A stretch of DNA of 64,000 nucleotides from an uncultured Chloroflexia bacterium (GCA_963797855.1 CAWCQX010000011.1:24887-88886), one strand, 5' to 3'. Counted from the stretch's first letter, positions 31,571 through 43,743 are shown. Notes: generated by a model not told the origin, from the letters alone. Numbers and translations are program-made.

Positions 31571-33113
31571 GGCTTCAGGTCGGCCGCCGAGTCGTGGCCA
31601 CCGGCATCGTAAGCGAGAGCCGTGTGCCGCGTCCGGGCGCGCTCTCGACCTTCAGTCTGCGCGTCGAGCAGCTCCGCGCGGCGCCGGATGTTTGCGAGGC
31701 CCTGCGCGCTCCCGCGCCGGCCGCGGACGGGAACCGCGTCCGGGTCGAAGCCGGCGCCGTCATCGGTGATCTCCAGCGTGAACCGGCGCTGCGTGCACGC
31801 CATGTGAACGCTCACCGTCTGCGCGTGCGCGTGGCGAAGGACGTTGCTGAAGGCCTCGGTGACGAGGTGGTGCAGCTCCTCCGCCTGCTCGGGGCGCAGG
31901 CGCGGCCGATAGAGCCCGTCGCTCGAGACGTCGAGCTTCACGAGCGTGTGGGCCTGGAGCTCGTCGGCGACGGCGAGGACGATCGCCTCGGCGTCCCGCG
32001 TCTCGAGCTGCCCGGACCGCAGGGCGAAGATCGTGCTGCGGATGTCGTTGGTGATGCGGTTCAGCTCGCCCATCACGGTGGCGATGCGGTCGCGCGCGGG
32101 CGCCCCATCGTCGCCGACCTCGGCGGAGGCCTGCTCGAGGTGCAGCCCGGCGGCGTAGATCGACTGGATGATGCCGTCGTGCAGGTCGCGGCCGATGCGC
32201 TCCCGCTCGCGGAGGAGGAGCTCCCGCCGACGGGCATCCGCGAGGGCTCGATCGGTCTCCTGCTCGAACAGCTCGAGGCTGACGATGATCGCGATCGCGA
32301 TCGCGAGCCCGGTCGCGGAGACGAAGACCTCGATCGGGATGCCGAGGGTCTCGAGCACGACCTGGTCGTTCAGCACCGACGCCAGGGGGAACGGCGCCTC
32401 CATCGGCACCAGCCCTCCGACGACGGCGAAGACGATGAACGCGATCGCGGCCGCTTCGAGGGCGATGGCCACGCCGCGGCCCGCCATCGGCGCCAGGAGG
32501 CGAGTCGTGCGCCGCAGCGCGACGGCCACGAACAACGCCGCCGGGAACGCGATCAGGTAGCGGGCGACGACGTCTCCGACCGCGAGGGGCGCTCCGACGT
32601 CCGCCAGGGCGTCGGCCGATCTCCGGCGACGGCAGCCACGGACCGACCTCCGGGACGAAGCCCTCGGCGACCGTGGTCGAAAGGACGATCGGTCGCCACC
32701 ACCCACATCACGAGGCAGGCGGCCGGCACGAAGCGCAGCAGCGGTTGGCCGCGGAAGGTCGCGACCGGGCGGTCCGGGTCGCGCGTCGCGAGCCACAGCT
32801 CGACGCCGAACTGGAAGAGGAGCGCGAAGCTCAACGGCTTCATCAGCAGCTGGAGGACGAGGAGCGCCTCGACGGCCGGCGCGGGCAGCCAGCCGGCCTG
32901 GATCGGCACGAACAGGTAGCCCCAGATCATCAGGCCGTGCAGCAGCCCGAAGGCGGCAAGCCAGCCGAGCGGGCGCGCGAGCGGCAGCTGGGATCGGCGC
33001 CGGCTCTGGAGGGCGATCGCGAGGCCCATGACGAAGAAGACCTGCCCGTAGACCGAGAGGACGATGATGCGGTTGGTCTCGAACAGCTCGGCCAGCCAGG
33101 TCATGGCCGGCAT
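31567..33113 (-). CDS. sensor histidine kinase (HisKA_3/NarX-DesK type; at least two frameshifts)
   Basis: The membrane N-terminus is MPAMTWLAELFETNRIIVLSVYGQVFFVMGLAIAL... The H-box reads RERERIGRDLHDGIIQSIYAAGLHL. The ATPase part reads EAFSNVLRHAHA...ITDDGAGFD...GLANIRRRAELL...VESAPGRGTRLSLTMPV. The stop overlaps the regulator ATG. Confidence 0.85.
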
Positions 33114-33203
33114 GGTAGGGCCCGGCGCGCGCTCATCCCCGATTGCGCGGCTCCCGGTCCTGGGCGGCGTGCCCCGATCGGAGGTCCGCGTTAGGATCGG
33201 TGG

Positions 33204-33635
33204 GTGAGCACCGGGAGCGAGGCCGACGAGCAGGGGCCACCGATGCCGCTCGCCGTTCGGTTCTGGTTCGCGTGGGCCTTCGCCGGGCTGGCGATCACCG
33301 GACTGCTGCTGGGCCGGATCGTCGAGTTCATCGACTTCAGCGAGCGCGCGCCGTTCAGCCTGCTCGGCATCTTCATGATGATCGAGCTCGCCGCCGTCCT
33401 CTTCGGGATCACCGTCGCCCTCCAGCGCAAGCGCATCGCCCACCGCTTCGCGATCGGGATCGCGCTCCTGCCGGTGCCGATCCTTGCCGGCCTCCCGCCG
33501 ATCCTGCTCGAGATGCCCCCGGTGGCGGCCAACGGGTGGTACACGCTGACCGTGCCGATCGGCCTCGCCATCAGCGCGGGACTGCTGATCGGGCTCCTTC
33601 GGCCGTCGAGCCGGGCGTACTTCAGCGAGCCCTGA
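33204..33635 (+). CDS. hypothetical membrane protein (4 predicted TM segments)
   Basis: The ORF is intact with a GTG start. Hydrophobic segments include FWFAWAFAGLAITGLLLG, LLGIFMMIELAAVLFGITVAL, IGIALLPVPILAGLPPILL and TLTVPIGLAISAGLLIGLL. Confidence 0.5.
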   Translation: MSTGSEADEQGPPMPLAVRFWFAWAFAGLAITGLLLGRIVEFIDFSERAPFSLLGIFMMIELAAVLFGITVALQRKRIAHRFAIGIALLPVPILAGLPPILLEMPPVAANGWYTLTVPIGLAISAGLLIGLLRPSSRAYFSEP

Positions 33636-33654
33636 CCTCCCTATACTCGGCCGC

Positions 33655-34567
33655 GTGCGGCTCGTCACGTACTCCAACGCAGGGTCCGGATCGCGGCTCG
33701 GCGTCGAGGCGGCGGGAGGAACGATCCACGATCTGACCGCGGTCCTCGGGGTCGCCGACGTCGGCGAGATGCTGGCGCGCGGGATCGCGGCAGGGGACAT
33801 CGAAGACCTGCGCGCGCGGGCGAGCACCCTCGAGCCGGACGAGGTCGTGCTCCAGGCGCCGATTCGGCGCCCCGGCAAGATCATCTGCGTCGGCCTGAAC
33901 TACCACGACCATTGCCGCGAGCAGGGCGTCGAGCCGCCCGCCTACCCGATCCTGTTCAGCAAGTTCGCGAACGCCGTCACCCATCCCGGCGCACCGGTCA
34001 CCCGGCCGGCGGCGACCGAGCAGCTCGATCTCGAGTGCGAGCTGGCGGTGGTCATCGGGCGGCGGGCGTCGCGGGTCGATCGCGCGGAGGCCATGGACGC
34101 CGTCTTCGGGTACACGATCCTCAACGACGTGACGATGCGCGACCTCCAGCGCGAGGACCGCCAGTGGCTGCGGGCGAAGGGTTCCGACGGCTTCGCGCCG
34201 ATGGGTCCGGCGGTCGTCACCGCCGACGAGCTCGGGCGATCCGCAGGCGCTTCGTCTCGGATCGTCGGTGAACGGCGATGCCTGGCAGGACTCGAGCACG
34301 GCCGAGATGATCTTCGACGTTCCCACGCTCGTGGCGTTCGCGTCGCGGACGATCACCCTCGAGCCGGGCGACGTGATCGCCACCGGGACGCCGGCGGGCG
34401 TCGGCCACTACCAGCGGCCACCGCGCTACCTGGCCGATGGCGACGTCATGCGCTGCGAGATCGAGGGCATCGGTGCGATCGAGAACCCGGTCGTCGACGA
34501 GCTGCCGCGGATCGCCGATCACGCCGAGGCAGCGGGGATCGGCTCGCTCGCGGCACCCGCCAGGTGA
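33655..34567 (+). CDS. fumarylacetoacetate hydrolase (FAH) family protein (frameshift near 34235)
   Basis: It reads PGKIICVGLNYHDHCREQGVEPPAYPILFSKF...LDLECELAVVIG...GYTILNDVTMRDLQ. The C-terminus NGDAWQDSSTAEMIFDVPTLVAFASRTITLEPGDVIATGTPAGVG comes from ORF 34268..34567. Confidence 0.85.
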
Positions 34568-34596
34568 GCGCGGCCGTCGACGTCGGCGCGGGCACG

Positions 34597-35622
34597 ATGC
34601 GGGCGCTGGCCAAGGTGCGGCCGGGGCCGGGCGCGCAGCTCGTCGAGCGGCCCGCGCCGACGCCGGGGCCCGGCGAGGTGCTCCTCCGCGTCGACGCGGC
34701 GAGCATCTGCGGCACGGACCTCCACCTGTTCAACTGGGACGAGTGGGCGGCCGAGAACCTCGACCCGCCGCGGGTGCTCGGGCACGAGCTGGCGGGGACC
34801 GTGATCGGGATCGGCCAGGGCGTCACGCGCGTGAAGGAGGGCGACCTCGTCGGGGTCGAGAGCCATCTCTTCGACTGGACCTGCGCCCAGTGCCGGCGAG
34901 GGGACATGCATCTCTGCCGCAACCTCCGCGTGATCGGCGTCCACACCGATGGCGGCTTCGCCGAGCGCGTCGTCATCCCGGAGGCGAACGCGATCGAGTC
35001 GAACGGGCTGGATCCCGCGGTCGTCGCCCTCCAGGAGCCGATGGGCAACGCCGTCCACGCGGCCTTCGTGGAGCCGATCGAGGGACGAACGGTCCTCGTC
35101 ACCGGCTGCGGTCCGATCGGCCTCTGCGCGGTCGGGATCGCCAAGGCCGCCGGCGCCGCGCTCGTCGTCGCGACCGACACCGAGCCGTTCCGCCTCGAGC
35201 TTGCCCGCACGATGGGCGCCGACCTCGCGCTCGACGGCGCCGATCCGTCCACCGAGGAGCGGATCCGCGACGCCACGAACGGCGACGGCGTGGAGGTCGT
35301 GCTCGAGATGAGCGGCGCCGCGCCGGCGCTCGACTCCGCGCTTCGGGTCATCACCCGCGGAGGACGGATCAGCCTGCTCGGGATCTTCGGGGAGCCTCCG
35401 ACCGTCGACCTCTCGGAGCGCGTGATCATGCAGGGACTGCGCCTGCACGGCATCTACGGCCGCCGGATCTACGACACGTGGGAGCGGACGCAGGCCCTCC
35501 TCCGCTCCGGGTCGCTCGACGTCTCGCCGATCCTCACCGATCGGCTCGACCTGTCCGAGTGGGAGCGAGCGTTCGAGCTCGTCGCCTCGAGGCACGCCGG
35601 CAAGGTCGTCCTCGTTCCCTGA
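34597..35622 (+). CDS. tdh: L-threonine 3-dehydrogenase (zinc-dependent MDR)
   Basis: The frame is intact. It reads [19 protein letters not shown]...[15 protein letters not shown]...LGHELAGTV...CRRGDMHLC and is followed by kbl. An alternative GTG start lies at 34564. Confidence 0.88.
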   Translation: MRALAKVRPGPGAQLVERPAPTPGPGEVLLRVDAASICGTDLHLFNWDEWAAENLDPPRVLGHELAGTVIGIGQGVTRVKEGDLVGVESHLFDWTCAQCRRGDMHLCRNLRVIGVHTDGGFAERVVIPEANAIESNGLDPAVVALQEPMGNAVHAAFVEPIEGRTVLVTGCGPIGLCAVGIAKAAGAALVVATDTEPFRLELARTMGADLALDGADPSTEERIRDATNGDGVEVVLEMSGAAPALDSALRVITRGGRISLLGIFGEPPTVDLSERVIMQGLRLHGIYGRRIYDTWERTQALLRSGSLDVSPILTDRLDLSEWERAFELVASRHAGKVVLVP

Positions 35623-35659
35623 GGCCACCGTCCGGGTGCCCAGACCTATACTCGACCGC

Positions 35660-36875
<1,216 letters not shown>

Positions 36876-36945
36876 AGTACCCTTCGCAACGCGCGGCGGC
36901 AGTGCTACCGTTCGGCGCGATCACCGTGCCCGAGATGCTGCCCGC

Positions 36946-37575
36946 ATGACCGACAATCGCCTGAGCGCCGCCATCCACCAGACGATCGCGGATCCGATCG
37001 TCCAACCGGCTGGCGCGGCCTCCGCCCTTGCGACGGACGCTCCGCTCGACGAGCTCGCTCGCGCGGCAAGCGCCGGCGACGTCGAAGCGGTTGGGCGCCT
37101 GTATGACCAGCTCGTCGGGCCGATCTATCGATACATCGCCGTCCGGGTTCGGCGTCGCGAGGACGCGGAGGACCTGACCCACCTCGTCTTCGAGCGGATC
37201 GTGACCGCGCTGCCTCGCTACCGCCACGACGGGAAGCCGTTCTCGGCCTGGGCGTTCCGGATCGCGCGGAATGCCGTGATCGATCACCTTCGTCGAACCC
37301 GCCGCACCGAGCCACTGGACGTGATCCCGGAGCGAGACGACACGGGCGGGCCCGATGCGGTCAGCCTGCGAGAGGAGGAGATCCGCGAGCTGCGGGCGGC
37401 CATCCTGCGGCTGACGCCGGATCAGCGCGAGGCACTCATCCTTCGATACGCGGGCGGCCTCTCGGCCGACGAGGCCGCGCAGGTGATGGGTCGACGCGCG
37501 GGCACGATCCGCGGGCTGACGTTCCGCGCGATCGAGGCGCTGCGGCGCCAGCTGGGCGGGGCGCAGGACCGATGA
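36946..37575 (+). CDS. ECF-type RNA polymerase sigma-70 family factor
   Basis: The ORF is intact. Region 2 reads [29 protein letters not shown]...[18 protein letters not shown]. Region 4 reads [45 protein letters not shown]. Confidence 0.9.
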   Translation: MTDNRLSAAIHQTIADPIVQPAGAASALATDAPLDELARAASAGDVEAVGRLYDQLVGPIYRYIAVRVRRREDAEDLTHLVFERIVTALPRYRHDGKPFSAWAFRIARNAVIDHLRRTRRTEPLDVIPERDDTGGPDAVSLREEEIRELRAAILRLTPDQREALILRYAGGLSADEAAQVMGRRAGTIRGLTFRAIEALRRQLGGAQDR

Positions 37576-38487
37576 GCCTCTTCACGAACCCCATCCGTCC
37601 CGCGCCGATCGCCTCCGACGCGGCGGTTCGCCGCTACATCGAGGCGATTCGACGGCAGATCGAGCCCGATCCGCTCTATCGGCGACGCCTCCGGGGCGAG
37701 GTCGTCAATCGATTCGTCGCCCAGAAGCGCGGCATCGATCTGACCGGACCGCGACGGCCGTCGCGGATGGGCGCGCTCGGGCGGGCATGTCTCTACGCGA
37801 GCTTCGCGCTGGCGGTGAGCGTGACCGGCGTGATGGCGGCCTCCGACGCGGCGATTCCCGGCGACGTCCTCTACCCGCTGAAGCGCAGGCATCGAGGAGA
37901 TGCGGCTCGACGTGCTCCCCGACGAATACCACGACGAGCTCGCGGTCTACGCCCTCTCGGAACGGATCGGTGAGCTCAGCCAGCTCGTCGAGGCTGGCGA
38001 CGTCGCGCGCGCGTCGACGCTCGCCGGCTCGATCCACGATGCCTACGAGCAGGCGGTGGCCGAGGGCGGCGACGCGGACGGGCTGGCGAGACGGCTCGAC
38101 CGGCAGGTCGCGCGGCTCGCGCAGGTCGTGAGCGGCCTTCCGTCGCAGGCACGTGCCTCGATCGCGCATCGCGATGGCCGGAGCTCCCGGCCTGATGGTG
38201 GACGCCTGGGCATCCGACGGCTCCGAACCCGGAGCCGAGCCGGCAGCATCGTCACGGCGGGCCCGGCCAGGGACCCGGTTCCGGTCGAGGCCAACGGATC
38301 GGACCAGGGGAGCGGGCCGCCGGTGCGCAGGACGACGATCCGTCGCCGGACGCCACGCCGAAGCCCGAGCGCACGCCGAAGCCGGACCGCACGCCGAAGC
38401 CGGAGCCCACTCCGAGCGACGATGCGAGCGCGCACGCCGAAGCCAAGCCCGAAGGGCCAGGCGAAGGGTCACGCACCGGCTCCCTGA
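37572..38487 (+). CDS. membrane-anchored anti-sigma-like protein (DUF5667-like; frameshifted, 3' end uncertain)
   Basis: The start overlaps the sigma gene stop (ATGA). A TM segment reads ACLYASFALAVSVTGVMAA, followed by PGDVLYPLKRR and a helical region LDVLPDEYHDELAVYALSERIGEL. The tail TPKPERTPKPDRTPKPEPTP is readable only in another frame. Confidence 0.5.
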
Positions 38488-38518
38488 GGCGCGGCCACAC
38501 GTCAGCGAACGAATCAGA

Positions 38519-38550
38519 AGACGGGATGGAGGCGAACCTCCATCCCGTCT
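38519..38550. terminator. perfect 14-bp-stem hairpin between convergent genes (bidirectional terminator candidate)
   Basis: AGACGGGATGGAGG (38519-38532), loop CGAA, CCTCCATCCCGTCT (38537-38550). On the minus transcript the loop is UUCG. There is no U-tract. Confidence 0.55.
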
Positions 38551-38610
38551 CTGCCAGGGGGCTGGCTGAATCGCGCGAGGCCGGCATCTCCGGCCCCGCG
38601 CGTTCGGACC

Positions 38611-41600
38611 CTACCGGCGGCGGCTCCGCGCCTTCACGTTCGCCAGCGCCATCGCGCCGAGCGAGCCGAGGAAGACGACTGCGAGGAGCTCCACCGGGAC
38701 CGTGATCGGCTGACCGTTCGGGGCGATCCCGACCGCGGTGTCCGGCACGGATGGCTCTGGGGTCGGCGTCCCGCCCTGCGGCGGAGGCTCGACGACCACG
38801 GTCACCGCGTCCTCACCGTCGTCCGGATCGGTCTCGTCGGAGTCGATGACCGCAACGTTCACCGTCGGGGCGACGCGGGAGATCGTCTCCGGGTCGACCG
38901 TCGTGCGGAACGTCACGCTCCCGCTCTCCGTGAGCGTCGCGAAGGTCCACGTGACCACGCCGTCGATGAGCTGTCCGCCATCGGAGGCATCGAGGAACTC
39001 GAAGCCGGCGGGGACCTCATCGGTGATCACCGCGTTGGTGACCGGGCCCTCTGTAAGGGTGTACGTCAGGGTCCAGGTCACGATCGACGGATCGGCAACG
39101 AGATGGTCGCTGGGTCCGCTGATCGTGATCACCTCGGCGTCGGCAACCTTGTCGATCACGAGCTGCGGGCAGCGGACGTTGAGGTCGTCGGTGGACGAGA
39201 CCTCGTCATCGTTGCTCGCGTCCGCGAAGGCCGTGTTCTCCATCAGGCCGCAATCGTCCTGATCGGTCTCCGCGAAGACCCGGATGATCACCCCGTCCTC
39301 CATCGAGGAGGCGCGAGATCACCGAGGTCGCAATCGATCGAGCGCTGCTCGTCGCTGCCGAGAGCCAGGCTGCTCGCGATGGTGCAGTCGGCGGTGCCCT
39401 GGAGGACTTCGACGTCCCATGGGAGCCCGGCCGGGAGATCATCGTGCAGCTCGACATCAAAGGCAGTGCCAGGTCCGGCATTCCACACCGTGATGGTGAA
39501 GCTCGCCTCCTCGCCGGCGACGACCTCATCGGCGTCGGCGGTCTTGACGATGTTCAGGCCGGGGCACTCGACGATGATCGTCGCCTCGGCCTCGTTGTCG
39601 GGTCCGATGTTGGCTGCAGGCTCGTTCGACGCCGAGACCTCGACGTTGTTGACGAGCGACCCGCAATCGGCCTCGGACGTGAGATAGCTCAGGAGGATGG
39701 TCGCCGCGCCGGGCGCCATCGACTCCGCGGTGCACGAGTCACCGGCGTCGTCGATGGTTGCCGGGCAGTCGAACCCGCCGTCGTCGACCACGGTCCAGAC
39801 CGTGCCGGCCGGCGCGAAGTCGAGCACGTCGACGTCGAAGGCCGTTCCGGGTCCGTGGTTGGTGACATGGATCGCGAAGTAGGCCGTCAGTCCGGCGTCG
39901 ACGGGCTCATCCGTCGGCTCGCCGTTCGCGTCGACCTGCTCCTTGGTCACCTCGAGGTCCGGGCAGTTGACGGTGATGCGTCACGCCTTCGCCCTCGGGA
40001 TGAGAGGCGCCGCTGCCGGCGTTGTCCGAGGTGTAGGCGGCGCGGTTCAGGATCGACGGGCACTCGCCCTCATCGGTCGTCCCCGTCACCGTCACGCTGA
40101 ACTCCTCGCCCGCCGGGATCGTCAGATCCAGGCAGCTCAGGACACCGGCGGTGATCGAGCAGGCGGCGCTGTTCTCGGTCCAGGTGAGCCCGCTCGGAAG
40201 CGTGTCCACCAGGTCGACTCCCGTGGCCGGCGCGTCGCCGGTCTCATTGGAGATCGTGACCGTGTACGAGGCCTCCTCGCCCGCGTTGATCTCGGGCGTC
40301 GTGGTCGACTTCGAGATCACGAGATCCGGGCACAGCACCTCGGTGCTGTCCGAGGACTTGACCTCGTCATGGTTGGACGCATTCGCCCTGGCTTCGTTCA
40401 GGTACTCGCCGCAGCTGTCCCCGGTGGTGTCGCTGCTGAGCTCGATCCTCACGCCCTCGCCGGGAGCGAGGTCGCCAAGGTTGCACTGGAGATCCTCATC
40501 CGGCGGGCTGCCCGCGATCGAGCAGAGGCCCGTCGGATCGAAGCCACCGATCCCGGTGACCGAGTCGATCTGCCAGTCGATGCCGTCGCCGAAGGGCAGG
40601 GCATCGTCCAACGTGACGTCCTTCGCCACGCCGGTGCCCGGTCGCGCCGCTGTTCTCCAGCTCGATCGCGAACCCGATCGGGTCACCGGCGGTGACCGTC
40701 TCGTCGTCCGCGGTCTTGAGGATGCTCAGAGCTGGCGCCAGCGTGCTGTTGTTGAACGAGACGCTGCCGGAGCAGTCGGGAAGGGTGATCGTGTCGACCT
40801 GGTCGGTATGGTCCGCCCAATTCGACTGGGGAACTTCGTGGACGGTGTACGTCCCTGGAGCGAGGCCCGTCAGCGTGGTCGACTTCGACAGCGAGTCACC
40901 GAAGTTGAAGGTGATCGCTGCGTCGTCGCTGAAGCCACTTGGCCCGCTGACGTCGAAGTTGAAGGTCACCGACTCGCCGGCTCGAAGCGATCCGGCGGGA
41001 ATCGTCTTGTTGATCTGGAGGCTGACCGAAGCGGTCGACGCGATCGCGACGCTGGCGCTGGCCGTATCGAGCACGCTGCTCCCGTCGCCGGTGATCGTGG
41101 CCGTATCGGAGAGGGTTCCACTCGTGATCCGCGGCTGGTCGACGGTGACGGTCTTCGTGAACGTCACCGATCCGCTGTTCGTGGCCGTGAACTGCCAGCC
41201 GACCGGGCCGGTGGTCGATGCGCCGGCGACATAGCCGCCGGTGAACGCGCCGACCGACGGAGCCGCGACCGAGAAGGCCAGGCCCGTGCCGGTGATCGAC
41301 TCGGTGTCGCTGACCACGACCGACGACTGCGCCGGGGCACCGGCCGCCGGGAGTGGCCGTCGCCGATGCCGTTGCGCTTGTCGCGCCAGGCACCGGGATG
41401 CCGGTCACCTTGTCGGTGTACGTCGCCGTGGCGACGTCGTTGAAGGTCGTCGCCGAGCCGCTGTAGACGAAGCTGTGGCTCAGCACGACCATCGAGGTGA
41501 GGGCGGGAACATCCACCGCCGCGCCGGTTGTCTGGTCGAGCAGGGTCGTCTGAGCGGACCCTTCATAGATCTTGTCCGAGGCCTGGACGGTGATCGTCCG

Positions 41601-42515
41601 GTGCGCAGGGTTGATCGCGGTGACGACGGTGTTGATCGTCGTGGCCCCGCTCGCCGTGGGCCCGGATCGCGTCCAGGCCACGGTGATCTGGACGTTCTGG
41701 CTTCGAGAGCCCGTGGTCTCGAGGCAGGTGTTGGCGAAGTTCAATGAGGTCGGGTTCGCGGACTTCGAGATGTCCCATGCGTACGTCTGGCCAACATTCG
41801 CGCTCATCGTCTTCGAGAGCTCCTGGGGCAGGATCTCGTTGACCGGGATGGAGACATCCGCCGCGCCGATGCCCGACGTGCTGAACTGCTGGTTCGTCCG
41901 GTTCGTGTGCAGCGACGAGCCCGGGAACAGGTGCGACCCGAGCGCGAGGCGCTCGTACCAGTCGATGACGCAGGTCGTGCCCTTGTTCTGGCTGATCGTC
42001 ACCAGCCGGCCGATGGACTTGTCGGTCCCGCCGACGCCCGGCTCAATGATCGTCTCTGGAGCAGAGGTGACGGCGCAGCTGGCGTGCGAGTGCGCCGCAT
42101 TGACGACGGGCGCGCTCAGGACGTCGTAGCCCGGCGCGCCACCGTCCTCGCGGTCGGCCGCGATGCCGAACGTATAGGTGGTTGTCGCATCGGCCTGGCT
42201 GCCGAGGCTCGTCGTCATCCGGTGCGGAACGAGGTCGAGCTCGTTCCACTCCTTGCCGAGGTTGCCGCTCGTATAGGCCGCGTCCTCACATGTGACGGTG
42301 GCCTCGATGAACGCGCCGTTCTCGAGGCGACAGCCTTCGAGGGTGAAGGCGACATGGATTGGGTCGGATGCCGCCGCGGCCACCTGCGGACGGACCGCCG
42401 TCGGTGCGAGCTGGGGGACGGCGGTCGCGATGACCGGGACCAGCAGGTTGAAGAGAAGTGCGATGAAGACAGGAATGACGCTCAGTCGCGTCGCGGTGCT
42501 GGCTCGGGAGTCCAT
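38611..42515 (-). CDS. large (about 1300 aa) surface protein with DUF11-type repeats, a prealbumin/SpaA-like domain and a VPDTA-type C-terminal anchor (four frameshifts)
   Basis: Five colinear ORFs (40896..42515, 40496..41317, 39907..40686, 39288..39950, 38611..39303) make up the gene. The N-terminal signal/TM is RLSVIPVFIALLFNLLVPVIATAV. Repeats read CP.L.[IV].K[TV]AD...V.AGE...[FY]T[IV]...N.G...A..V.L.D.LP.GL.W. LAPGTYTVHEVPQSNW is also present. The tail is GGTPTPEPSVPDTAV...LLAVVFLGSLGAMALANVKARSRRR. Confidence 0.8.
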
Positions 42516-42607
42516 TGGTTTTCAGCCCCTTGGCTCTGGCCGCAGTGCGACCCTCTTGCGTCGATTGACCTCTGGATGAATCGGCCCGCACCTGGTGCGA
42601 GCGGGCG

Positions 42608-42639
42608 GAGCATATGGGGCGGTCAAGTACTTTGGTACC
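42608..42639 (-). promoter_or_regulatory. candidate promoter/operator of the large surface-protein gene (GGTACC-N17-CATATGCT)
   Basis: The minus strand reads GGTACCAAAGTACTTGACCGCCCCATATGCTC, about 95 nt upstream of ATG 42515. A near-identical element lies upstream of the next gene (43579-43611). Confidence 0.35.
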
Positions 42640-42748
42640 CCTGCGCTTGGCGGTTTGACCGGGTCTGGTGGGGTCTGCGGACGTGCGGTGGCCAAGGACG
42701 TGTTGCCGACGCGCAACAAGGGTCCTGGTACCGATGGGGGACAACGAG

Positions 42749-42778
42749 AACGGCCCCGGAGTTGCCTCCGGGGCCGTT
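42749..42778 (-). terminator. perfect 13-bp-stem hairpin after the small surface-protein gene
   Basis: AACGGCCCCGGAG (42749-42761), loop TTGC, CTCCGGGGCCGTT (42766-42778). The loop is GCAA on the minus transcript. It lies 32 nt after the stop at 42810. Confidence 0.55.
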
Positions 42779-42809
42779 GAGGTTGCGCTTGTCCGCTGGT
42801 CGCGTCGGC

Positions 42810-43488
42810 TTACCGGCGCCGTCCCACCATCCGGACAGAGAACAGTGCCGCCAGGGAGCCGACGAGCACGAGGCTCAGAATGAGTGCTGGAACCTGGTCC
42901 GCCAGCCCGGTGGTCGCCGTGTCCGGCACTTCGCCACCTGGAGTTGGCGTCGGGTTGCCGCCGAGCTCGCTCTCACGCGGAGTCGGTGACGGCGTCGGGT
43001 TACCGCCGAGCTCGCTCTCGCGCGGAGTCGGTGACGGCGTCGGCGTCGGGGTCGACTCGATCACCCTCGTCGTAGCAGAACGAGATGTGGCTGATGCCAT
43101 TGCCTGAGCCGTTCTGTGGCCCGAGACCGGTATCGCCGGTCGACTCGGGGTTGTAGACGTACAGGTTGTGCTTGTCGCTGCCGGCCTTCACGAGCACCGC
43201 ATCGACGCCGATGTTCGATGTCCAATCGAAGCCCTTCGGATCACTGTTCGTGAAGTTCGTGATCGTGACGGACAGGGTGCCATCGGTGAACGTGCCATTC
43301 CCCGGCGGATCGACCTTGAGCTCTGTCCAGTCGCCGAAGTTGGAACACGTCGGGTTGTTGTCGTCGCTGATCGGGGTCGGCGTCACGCTGGCCCCCAATG
43401 CCGGCATCGTCAGCGCTGCCAGGAGGCCGAGCGCTGCCAGGAGGCCGACGAGGGTTCGAAGCCCGGTTCGGGCCCTCAGTCCACTCAC
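42810..43488 (-). CDS. small secreted surface protein with VPDTA-type C-terminal anchor (one frameshift near 43060)
   Basis: The GTG start at 43486-43488 is preceded by AAAGGAA. The signal peptide is SGLRARTGLRTLVGLLAALGLLAALTMPALGA. The domain reads ...NPTCSNFGDWTELKVDPPGNGTFTDGTLSVTITNF...GVDAVLVKAGSDKHNLYVYN...GISHISFCY. The tail is 2x SPTPRESELGGNPTP, then GGEVPDTATTGLADQVPALILSLVLVGSLAALFSVRMVGRRR. Confidence 0.7.
42951..43040 (-). repeat. 2 x 45-bp tandem direct repeat encoding SPTPRESELGGNPTP
   Basis: Unit 42951-42995 and unit 42996-43040 differ at 2 positions. A related core (GTTGCC[AG]CCGAGCTCGCTCTC) recurs at 43913-43940 and, diverged, at 43970-43998 in the neighbouring gene. Confidence 0.9.
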
Positions 43489-43578
43489 GATGATTCATTC
43501 CTTTCCCGGTCGGCTGCTGCCGGATGCCCCCCAGACCGATAAGTCCGCGCCGTCTGATGAGCCGGCGATGTGCCGCGC

Positions 43579-43611
43579 GAGTATATGGGTACCGACCAGT
43601 ACTTCGGTACC
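43579..43611 (-). promoter_or_regulatory. candidate promoter/operator of the small surface-protein gene (GGTACC-N18-CATATACT)
   Basis: The minus strand reads GGTACCGAAGTACTGGTCGGTACCCATATACTC, about 92 nt upstream of GTG 43488. It contains the inverted arms GGTACCGA/TCGGTACC around an AGTACT core. Confidence 0.35.
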
Positions 43612-43709
43612 TGTCAAATGACGTACCGCGATTCGGTCTGGTGATGTGCGGTGATGTGGCGGGCCGGGTTGGCGTTGACCAGATCGCACCGAGTACCGCT
43701 GGGGGGGTA

Positions 43710-43743
43710 CGAAACGACCCCCGGTTTCCCGGGGGCCGTTTCG
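43710..43743 (-). terminator. 15-bp-stem hairpin after the first surface-protein gene
   Basis: CGAAACGACCCCCGG (43710-43724), loop TTTC, CCGGGGGCCGTTTCG (43729-43743). The single mismatch becomes a G-U pair and the loop GAAA on the minus transcript. It lies 24 nt after the stop at 43767. Confidence 0.55.
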
